DNA of 63,528 bases, filler included, from Platydemus manokwari (taxonomy: Eukaryota), in assembly GCA_037951405.1 (NCBI GenBank). It is 6 parts of 6 records of this genome, joined end to end, with 100 filler letters (N's around TTAATTAATTAA, not from the genome) between each part and the next. Parts side by side here need not be neighbours in the genome. Positions count along the whole stretch, not along the records: positions 40,233 to 53,776 come from JBBMOY011695844.1; positions 53,877 to 63,528 come from JBBMOY011202988.1; 4 more parts are not named here. One strand, given 5' to 3'. This document shows positions 53,100 to 63,528 of the stretch, piece by piece (positions within the stretch are counted from its first letter, which is position 1; each line of letters begins with the position of its first letter). A model generated the notes under the pieces. It was not told where the DNA came from, did not search any database, and saw only the letters and a program-made list of their open reading frames with translations. The position numbers were made by a program, and so were the translations under genes.

Positions 53100-53620
53100 A
53101 AATTGTCGATGAGATTAACCTTAACATCAGAAACGATAATTTTAATGGTTTTAATAATTTTTAATAATTCCTATCAATTTATTTAAGAGTCTTCAGATAT
53201 ATTTAGATTAAAATATATCTATGGAGATGAGTTTTGATCGGAAATTATAACCAAAGACAGATTCAACTGTAAATAATCGATACGAATTCAATGAGAACGA
53301 AAAGGAAAAATGGTATTTTCACTTAATAATAATGTCTTGGACGATTTACCGATACAATTTCAAAATTTGTGGAAAGGTACCAAAATAAAAAGGTGTTGTG
53401 TGCTTTCAGAAATTCTTCACAGACATGAAAGTGTTGATGGAGATGATTGTTGGTTAGCTGGTAATGAAATGAACTCTAAAGGGGAAAATGTTCAAAACAG
53501 TTATCGCATAAAATGATGATGTGTTGCTTGAATAAATAATTAGTGGGATGGATTATTATTCAAGTACAACAAAACATGTCAATTAAACTGACGCGACAGT
53601 TAAATCAAATATTACAAAAT
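53100..53620 (+). pseudogene. Decayed leucine-rich-repeat (RI-like) coding relic
   Basis: SLNNNVLDD and WLAGNEMNSKG resemble LxLxxNxIxxxG repeats. Stops and frameshifts surround them. Confidence 0.3.
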
Positions 53621-53710
53621 TCGAAAGCATATCATCTGAATGCATTGTTGAGAAATATCAATAAATGATAAGTAATTTGACAATGAGAGATTTTTGAAAT
53701 ATTATTAATA

Positions 53711-53714
<4 letters not shown>

Positions 53715-53776
<62 letters not shown>
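53715..53776. repeat. (ATT)n microsatellite at a contig end
   Basis: Directly visible. Confidence 0.95.
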
Positions 53777-53876
53777 NNNNNNNNNNNNNNNNNNNNNNNN
53801 NNNNNNNNNNNNNNNNNNNNTTAATTAATTAANNNNNNNNNNNNNNNNNNNNNNNNNNNNNNNNNNNNNNNNNNNN
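53777..53876. other. Artificial contig spacer
   Basis: N-run/TTAATTAATTAA/N-run, 100 nt. Confidence 0.95.
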
Positions 53877-56049
53877 AATATTATGTCATGAAATGATTTT
53901 TATTTTCTCTCATTGATGAAAAAGTAACTTCAATCAAAACTTTTAGTGCTCTAATTTATTTATTTTTAAAGATATTTTAATATTTAATGATTTTCAACTA
54001 ATCAACTATAAAAATGTTCTATAAAATTATGATAATGAGAAATAATAAGTTAGTAATGAAAATATCAATATCTTATTTCTGAAAAAATATCTGTATCTGT
54101 TTTTTTAGCCTGGTTAACTAATTTAATATATGCACTAAATAAAAATGATGATGGCTGTTGCTTATTAATTGTAAAGTTGTGAGAAATGCATTCACATTCA
54201 ACAGATTATGTAGGAGTTCATCAATAGAAAATCGTAATCTAACTAGATTTGAAGGTCACTGATTGAATTCTGACACGTTTTTTATGTTTGTGTGCTTTTG
54301 TGAAGGTTGCTCCATATTTAGCGATGCTAGTAATTTTCCTTACGTCTTTTGTGCCATTGGCAGATATCTGTGTTTTTTATCATTTGTTGGTATGCACTAG
54401 TTAATTTTTAACTTTTAAATATTGATTGAATCTGATTGGCTGTTGACACATGAGTTGATTGGATCCTTTAAGAGTTATTTCCCTGGTCATTGTGAACATT
54501 TAGCTTGATTTTGCGACATACCAAACATATTATTAATTCTTTTTATTAAATTAAAATGCAAAGCGATTCAAGACAAACAAAAGATCTCTCTAGCAAGGCG
54601 ATATCAGAATAATCGGTTTAACACAAATTTAGACTTAAATAATAAAAATTTGTGTATATATTTAATTGAAATGTTTTTCAATTATTGATTTAATGGGTAT
54701 CTTTTTGTCACTTAGTTGGAAGTCTTAATTTAATATCTGAGAGACAATTTCTTCCTCTTTTCATATCATGTTACAGAATTGTAGGAAGAACATCTTATAA
54801 TTGAAAAATATCGAAATAAAAATATTTTAAAAGACAAATACATTAAGGTTTCAATTAGAGAGTAAATTAGTGAAAACTACCTCTATTCAATTCTGTAGTG
54901 AGAGCATGAACACACTTACAAATGATAACGAAACGTAAAGATACAATCAAAGACCTGGAAGTCGATATCTTGAATTGGACATCAACAACAAAAATATTGG
55001 AATAAGTAAGTTCGTCAATGGAAATTTAGAAAGAGGAGCAAGAAAATAGACTCTATTAAACCTATTTAATGTTCCTATACAATTAAAGACGTGAAATGTA
55101 TTTTTCCCATATAAATCTAAAGATAATATAAATACGACAATGATCTTGGAACATTATTAGTCTTGATGTTAAGCTAAACTTAGTAAGTCTCAGTTGTCAG
55201 ATTCATTGTTAAATAAAGATAATTTATTGTTTAGAAATTTTCGTGAAATGTTATTATTTGATTGGGGTTTCGTGTCTGATTTAGGGAGAATAAATAACTG
55301 ATATTATAAGCCTTAGAGAACCAAGCATAATTTTTATAAAAAACTGATATTTAATTGAAAATCCAGAAGATCACGAGTTAGTTAAATATTCATGAATGCT
55401 CGTAAATATTCAATACGGATTTGGTCATGATTTCAACACGAAATTTTTCGGAAAATATAAATTGTGTCAAATGTGTTAAAAATCTCTAAATTAAGGTCAA
55501 AATCCCGGAATTAGGTTTCAAATGGGAAATAAACAGCCAAGCAATACATAATACCCAGTAGTCAATCAGAGGACTTTAAATTAAAACATTACGATTTGAG
55601 TTCAGCTTTTTATCAAAACATACCAACAGAAAAAGCAAACTTTCAGAGTAGAGAATGGCAGTGCAGATTGAAGAAAACTTCCAAAATTCTTGAGCAGGAC
55701 TTAGAAATTTTAAACATTGATCAATACACATAAAATTACCACTAGATAACAAGTTGACATCTTTTAACAATTACGGGTCTCAACGCTAACAATTAATAAT
55801 GCAGTGATTGAAAACCTCGACTTTTCGCACCAAAACTTTTATACAAAGGTAGATATGGATTAATTTATCTTCTTACTATCTTCACAAATTAATGTTTAGA
55901 TCAACAAAATATTTTATGAAAGTAAAAATACTTTTCTAGTGATAATGTTTGCGAATATAATGAACACTTTAAATTTTCATCATCAAATATCAACAAGAAA
56001 ATCAAAGTAAACAAAAACAGATATTTATTTATAAACATTATTTTCCAAA

Positions 56050-58900
56050 ATTCTAGATTCTTAAGATAGAATCAATTATCACATAAACTCCTTATCACAC
56101 CCTTATCCTGTCCATTCATCAAACATTGAGTAGATCATCCTCTGATTCCGAATCGCTGTCGATGTCTACCGGATCTTCGAGGTTCATTGTGATTGGTTCG
56201 CGTTCAAGAGACAGGTTATCCGAGTTTCTCTGTGCCTTATGGAACTGTCATCGGAGGTATGTATTGATGTTGGAGTTGTTTGTTATGTCTGTTCGGTGTT
56301 TATTTAAGACCTTGTCATTGAATTTCACTAAATTGTAAGCACCATAATTACTACAGTGGGTTATTTGACCGTGTAATCAGGTTTATTTCTTTTTCACTGC
56401 ATTTCTTAGACCCATATATTTCTCTAAATTTTTCTTGTCTGTTTCTTCAAATCAATCGACATTGATCGATAGGATAATTCACATCGATGGGCATTATCAT
56501 ACATATGTCGACTCAAATACTAGACATTTGCTTCACGGCATACCTGTAATCGATGTTGTTGACCACTGATTTGTCGAGGATGCTCATAATTTCTTTGTGA
56601 ATAAATAGTACAAATGAATTTCAATGCTTGTACATTGTGAAAACGTGAGTCTGGGACTCTATTTTTGGCAGGTCAACCCGTTCATATTCATTTTTTTAAA
56701 TGCAAGCAGTGTGTTTGTCCTAACTTTGTTCAGAAAATAGAATTCAGAGATCGTTAGACATCCATTGAAGACTGTTTTATAACAAATTGGGCTCATTGTA
56801 CCAAAGAAGCTGTTATAAAGCCCGCTTCTTATTTGTTCTGTTCACTGAATTTGATAGCATTGGATGAAGTACCGTTTGAGTAGTTTTGAGGGTTCACTAA
56901 TTCTTTTGATTAACACGTGGCAGACCTTTTATGTGTATTCCAATTGGAGTGCATCGTGTAGTCAACCTGGAGCATCACATTGTCATTGAAATTTGAAGTT
57001 TGTTGGTTGTAAATTTCTTGACTCTTCAACTTTTTCCAATCAGGTTTTGCTCCTCCGGGCTCCTGAAATGTAAGAGTTTAACCATTCCAGTGGTTCTTGT
57101 AGGTTCATGATTTCTTTCTCAGTCTTGGCTGAACTGTGTGGTGAATATATGGCCATCAATCCTGCCATATCATGCCGGCCAGCAATCAAGTAGTTACCAT
57201 GCATAATGTTGTAGTCTTCTGACATATTTCTTTAACCACAACTACTATTAGCTTTAATGTGTACAGATAGTTTGAGCTGCAGAATTTTGGGACGCCAGAA
57301 TAGTTTTTAATAGAATTTTTATGTAAGGGGTGGACTAGTTTCTTACGAAGGTCACTTTGGTGTGTTTAAGCAAGTCAAAGGCTCTCAACTTTCGCCAAAC
57401 TAGTAAGACTGAGTTTGTGGGTCTATCCATGATGGTTTCAATACCGTTAAAGAGATTTTTCGTTGAATTATATACCTTTAGAAAGAAGTTAACACATAGA
57501 TATCTATAATCGTCTTCCATATCAATTGATAGGATATAGTTATTGTTAGCTCTTGATTAGTCTATCAAAGAGCCCTCTTTGAGGTCATTAAGGTATACCC
57601 ACTTGGAGAGTTTGAAGGAGAATCCAAGTAGATTTTCTAAATTCCTAACTTCATCAATCATCGTTTGTAGGCTTTTACTGTTTAGTCCCATTAGACTGAG
57701 ATCATCAGCGTAAGGTAAGTAAGAGATTCTGTGTTTAAAAATCATTAATCATTCTACTCTGCAATTCTCTAGCTTTAAGAGAATCAGACTGATCGCTTTA
57801 TTGAACAATAGCATCCAAATTGAACAAATTTGTTACGCCCCGTTTCACGTGGATTGAAATGGTTTCGTAGTCTCCGCGTTTATAATTTGTTTGGTAATTG
57901 TCTTAATTGAGTTTGCATAAATTTCCATGTATTTCGGAGTGCTGAACATAGCCTGAAAGCTATTAGACTGGAGGGATTATTAGATATCCATAAAAGGTAA
58001 TATACATCTTTAAGATATATTCTTCAAATAATGGTCCAAAATCAATATTGTTATTTTGATATATAGAGTTAAGTTTTCTCAGCTCTTGTATTAATTGCTG
58101 TTGATCAGTCAACTAGCCTTTGACATTGTATTGCAGATGAAGATACAGTGCTCATCAATAGGGTCAATAATTTCTGCATCCCTGAATAATATAGTGAGAT
58201 GTAAGTCATTAATTTAAGTCATGATAAGTTTGCATTTCTTCAACTTTAGTTGGCATATTCGGGTTTCCTCAATATTGAGTGTTTCGTAATATAGGCATTC
58301 TGACAGTGATTTATCTCCTTCACAACATTGTGGTAGGCGAAATTGTCAATTTGACTTTAGGTAAACCAAATAGGGTTATCAGGCACTGAGAAGTCAAATT
58401 CAGATTGTCCAATTTCCCACTTCGTGCAGCACCATCAATTGTACATCATGCTGTTTTATTTGTTTTAGGAATTACAGGAATTTAGTTTCTTCCTTTTTAT
58501 TCCTCATTCTTTCCTGAATTTCGGCGTCACACTTTGGTTTTTTTATTCCATTATTTTGACAGTTTCCTTGCTTCCTATTGGGTCAATGACACTAATAATT
58601 GCTCATGTTTGGAGTAGAATATTCACAGTGCTGGCAATTTATTTTGATGTTGATAAAGTTGTTATCCTGGTCTGAATCAGGGATCTGCCTGGGATTTCTG
58701 ATATTTTCTTTTTGGATTGATTCTCTTTGGAGTTCGTCTTCTTGATCGTGGAGTGCGGTTTTTGGTTTGTGGACACCATATATTTGACTTTCTCTACCAA
58801 TTTGTTTGTGGATAAATGAATCAATATCGTACAGGTGTGTATGTATGTTGGTTTCCATGCGGATCTATTATTATGTAAGTTTTCCATTATCAGTTACTAA
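56050..58900 (-). mobile_element. Second decayed NeSL/R5-like non-LTR retrotransposon (Zn-finger remnant, RT core, REL endonuclease)
   Basis: CQHCEY, HVKRGV, LLFNKAI, LPYADDL, ESQTHV, and VDI...IDVNYPID...ETDKKNLEKYMGL, which parallels VDL...VDIKCPLD...SDKRNLAHYAPL in the 15624 ORF. Confidence 0.8.
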
Positions 58901-60089
58901 TTGCCAATATAATCTCCCATGATGTTAATTTGATTATATTATCAGTAATGAGACGATATACAAACACAATATCATTGTATGAAATGAAGTTGTATATATC
59001 GTATCTATTAATAAATTTTTAAAATTTGGTTTTTAAATTTAATCTTTCATTAAAATAAAATTTCCCAAATTTTGATCTAATTAACTGTAGATCTCAAAAT
59101 TCGTTGATTCGTATAATTTTGGGATAGATTTCCATCATATATACTCTTTGAAATTCTCTTTTTATTACATTTTCTCTTTTATACATTGTGAAAAATACAT
59201 CAATCAACGATTCTTTTTCAAATGCTTTCGTTTCATTAAATAGAGATGAAATGTCATATCTATATAACATCAATACAATTGTATTGATTTCAATTTAAAG
59301 CCTTATGATTTAATAATTGCATTTTTTCAAAAATTGCGGTAGCATTTATCATTTATACTGTGTATTTAATTTAATTTAATTTGACTTCATATAACTCAAA
59401 ATACATTTTAAATGTATTTAATTAAAATACAGAATCATGAAAAGACGAAACAAAAGCAGAAAAGCTAGCTCATGAAATCATGTGACAGAGTAGAGAAAGT
59501 TGCTCACAGTACGAAATCTATTTTCTAAACCTCTATCTCAATGTGAATACAAAATATTGATTTCAAATAACCATTGTAAAACCATTTCAGACAGTCATTC
59601 ACACAATAATAAACTCGTATACCAAAATCGTCACAGATACAGAAATCAACCAATCAAAAGAGTTAAAATAATATTCAATAAAATCAAAGCATACGATGTT
59701 GGGGTTTGGTTATTAAACAAAACATTTGACAATTATGTGTATAAAAGTAGCTCCATGCATTATTTTATAAACCTTTTTTCTTTTATATATTACCTTCCTA
59801 TAAACTTGGAATTTGACAAGCTCTGAATATATTTTTATCATATAATAATAATTATTATTATCGTTACTATTATTATTATAACATAGAATGGTTACGAACA
59901 ATAATAATAAATGAAACCTAATGGAAAACAGATAGGATTAATTAAAAAATCAATAAAAATTTACCAAAAAGACAAAACATTTTGATAATTTATATAATAA
60001 TCAATAATAACCCACTCATACAAATAATTTCACTTAAAAACACCGATGGATTTCATATCTTCGAATAAGCAACATATAATAAAATAAAA

Positions 60090-60480
60090 TTAACAGAGAA
60101 ATTAACCAGGAAATTAGAGATGATTAAGAATTTCCATAGATGATTCCAAACAATATAAATGGTGCCAAACATTGTAGAACAATGCCAATTTAACTATTGC
60201 TTAAATTTGAAGATAAATCGGTGATCCATATTGTGTCCAAAGTTATTCAAATCAAGTTTTATGCCCAGTGTTTATCTGAAATCTCAGTGGCACAGTAAAA
60301 ATAAAACTTGTTCCTGTATAATCATTCTGCAATCTATACTAATCGTTATATTTCATATTAATAGAGCTAAGCTCATGGTTGTAATCGATTTTATCTCAAT
60401 ACCACGAAGAGGCTTATAAATCATAACTCCATTTGCTTTTGATTGTCGTTTTGGTGTATATAAGAATAATTGTTTCATAA
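60090..60480 (-). pseudogene. Decayed Patched-domain (PTCHD/NPC1-like) C-terminal transmembrane relic
   Basis: GIEIKSITTMSLALLI...SID, then GSPIYLQ, then FILFGIIYG, in the expected order but in shifting frames with stops. Confidence 0.3.
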
Positions 60481-62779
60481 AATGTGTGTCAGTGTAAATT
60501 TAACATAATAATAAACGTAATACAATATGGCCATTTGATTATCAGGTTTAAGAATCATAATTAATTTCTTGTGAAAATCATTTCATTGTCACCGCATTAT
60601 ACAAAGTATTAAAGTGAAAATTAAAATAATAATAATTATATTATTGCTCCCTTTCTCCTCATCTTCAAACAAGGGAGTTTACGATTGAGGCGAAACAAGA
60701 ACAAATAAATTTAAGGATCGTTATATTCAAAGGGTCACTAGAGCTCAAGAGACCTATCAGATGTAATAGTTGGGATTAGATCCAGAACGTAACAACAACT
60801 TCCAGAAAAAGAAATTCATAAAATTTAACCCACAAATATTTTCGCAAAATTTTTAAGATTTTAATGGAAAATTAGTTTAAAGAAATATAAATATACTAAA
60901 TACTTTTTATGCAATTTTAAAATAGGAAAACTTTTACGTATTGTTAATTAATTTAAAGAATGAATGATCGTTTATAAAACTTGTTTAAAGGAAGAAAATT
61001 TAATACTGATTTTATAAACTATATCGGGCGTGGGTGTATAGAATGAATAAAGAACATATTATCGAGATATTTTTAACTTTACACTCACAGTGGAAAAGCT
61101 ATTGAAATATTAATAATCAGAACACCAGTGAATTAAAGTTAGAAAAATTCACTTTTCACTCATTTTACCCTATTGATTTATTTATCAAATTAATCTTATT
61201 AGCTATTGAGCTTGGAGTTTGGTAACTATGATTGCTCTAATTTTCCTGCCTAAATTAATTCCCAAAACCAAACTACACTCCGTAATTGATGAGTTTTATA
61301 ATTCTGTTTTCATCACCAGCTCAACTTGTCGGCTTGGTGATCTTTCATTAATTTAATCGGGAACAATTGATTCAACATTTTTTCGCTTGCATTGTCTTTT
61401 CACGAAGATAATCTGTCATTAAATTCATTTATTAACCATTAATAGGCATTGAATAGAATTCACTGATGTAAAATACCACGTTAGGTTTTATCGATTATAT
61501 CTAATGGTAATTAATTGTTTTGCGCAAAGCGATCATTATAAATTCAAAGGAAAATAAGAGAGCGAAAGGCATAATTGGAAATCAACGATCCTTCTGAATG
61601 AGATATTTTACATAATGTCGATGAAATAAATTAATAGAATCACTTAAAAATCAATAAAAACTAATTATTGATCAATTAAGAGCTTGAACATATAAAATTT
61701 AACACGTGAATTATTTCCAAGACTAAATGGATCTAAAATTGTTTCCTTTTGATAGCTAAATTTTGGCCAATATTTGGTCGATATTGTTATGCAAAGAATT
61801 AAAGAATGATTTCAAATTAAAGTATAGATAAGATAAGATTAATAAAAATTAAAAAAATATTTAATTTGGAAAATTGTTCTGGTAATTTTAAGTTAATGTG
61901 TTCATTTTGTTGACAGACAGAATTATTGATTCTCAATATTTTTCACATATGTCACGATTTCAACATTTTTCATATCGTGGTAAAATATTTATTATTAAAC
62001 TTAAAATAAAAATAATCAAGAGATGATGATAATGCAAACAAAAAATTTGAAGAGCGAATGACAATCAAAGGTTATTTGGACTTGGACCAGAAATTTACCA
62101 ATGGACAATTGATAACCAGATATGGTTAATAGAGATAATGAAAAAAGAAGTATTTGATTGAGAATGAGACCAAATCATGACGAATACGATCTGTCAGATA
62201 TTACCACTAATCGCGTTTAATCGATAATTTTGAAAAAAAACATGATTTTGTGACGAAATAAAAATGAAATCAAACCAATTATTAAATCACCGAAGTTTAC
62301 GGACATAATTTACATGGAAAGGCTGTGCCGATATTGAAATTTCCGAACAGAAATATAAAATAATATTACGAAAAGTAACCTTATTTTCTCTTGCAACTAG
62401 TGCAGTTGCCAGGATAAATGGATATCATTGTATTGCTGTTATTTTACAATATTATTTACGGAGCTGTATTAAATATGAACTACAATTCACAATTTAATGA
62501 TTTTTAACAATGGATTATTCAGCAATCAATTTATTCAAATATTTATCGATCCACTTCTTCAAATAACCAAGATTAACACTTTCCCATTAAGTGATTGGAT
62601 AAAATAGGTGATTTATTTTCAGAAACAGGTCACTGATCAATATGTCTGGTATTCTTAATTCAGGTTAAATGGTTTAAAATTTGTTTAATTAGTGATTTCA
62701 TTGAACCGTATTCAAAGTTTTGCATTTGTATTTTTCAAGATTTTGTTCTATTAAGGTTTTGGTCATCCTTGTTTTTGAA

Positions 62780-63528
62780 CTAAATGCCTAATATTTTATA
62801 TTTATAATAGTAAAAATACAAGTTGCTTCCATCAATATTTTATTTTGTATTTCGAAATTACACGCACTTTATAAAATATATATATAAAATATATATCTTA
62901 TTTTTATCTAACTTCCCTTTCCCGTTTTTGAGATCCTTTTTAGCCACCCAATTCTTCAAGGTTTTAGTTGTCCCTGGAAATCAAGAAGTACTTGATGTGA
63001 CCTTAAAAATTTCAGAATTCTGTGAAAACCTTCATAACGATCTCCGTTCTTCTTTATAATATGTGGTTCTTTCTTCACTAAAAATTCTTCTCCAACTGTG
63101 AAAATTCTACAACCTCTTTCCTCATCATCGAATTTCTTTAAGTTTATGGCTACTGATTTTAGCTGGTTTTCCGTTTCTTTAATGATCTGGTCGTGATGGC
63201 TTGGTTCTTTTAATCGTAATCCATGCATATTAATTCTTCGTCCAAACAATATTTCAAAAGGAGAATGTTGAATTGAGCTTTGATACGTCGCAGTAGACGA
63301 TGAATTCTATCCGCGATATTAACTTATCCCAAGTCTGTTTCTCTGATGCCATCGTTGTTACCACTATGTCTTCAAACAATTCATATTTCTCTAAACTGTT
63401 AAAATATTTGCTTTTCTTGATCACTGAATTGACTTCTACTTCTGTTTTCCGTAACCATTTTCGAATGGAACCAACGACAGTATCTTCTTGTTGAATCTTT
63501 CTTATTTCGTCATTATTTGCAATTGAAT
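62780..63528 (-). mobile_element. Ty3/Gypsy-type integrase C-terminal relic, running off the window
   Basis: TYQSSIQHSPFEILFGR, FTVGEEFLVK and DRYEGFHRILK (cf. SPF..LFGR, F..GD.V, GPY/F motif). Confidence 0.75.

Overview
AT-rich eukaryotic (animal) draft-genome DNA. The 43-58 nt GT-AG introns, (AAT)n tracts and gene and transposon content suggest a planarian-type flatworm (inference). The window is not continuous: five 100-nt spacers (N-run/TTAATTAATTAA/N-run) join six contigs of about 9-13.5 kb, so adjacency across spacers means nothing. Host genes: a complete 3-exon ATP23, the first two coding exons of a FoxK-type FHA protein, three SMAD4 exons, one CaMKII exon, the 3' exons of an unidentified N/Q-rich protein, and the first exons of a signal-peptide (possibly prohormone) gene. 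The rest is mostly transposon debris: two decayed NeSL/R5-like non-LTR elements with a restriction-like endonuclease, plus mariner/Tc1, piggyBac, hAT, L1/Tx1 and Gypsy relics and candidate solo LTRs. Best hunt results: (1) a non-coding, approximately 540-600 bp LTR-PBS-internal-PPT-LTR family (TRIM architecture) in three full copies plus a solo LTR, with an extended tRNA-Arg-complementary primer site; (2) a NeSL-like element that appears to carry three tandem Ulp1/C48-like modules and lacks its RT core; (3) clusters of degenerate hammerhead-ribozyme-like motifs; (4) CaMKII and SMAD4 exons on opposite strands of one contig, each missing its next exon.
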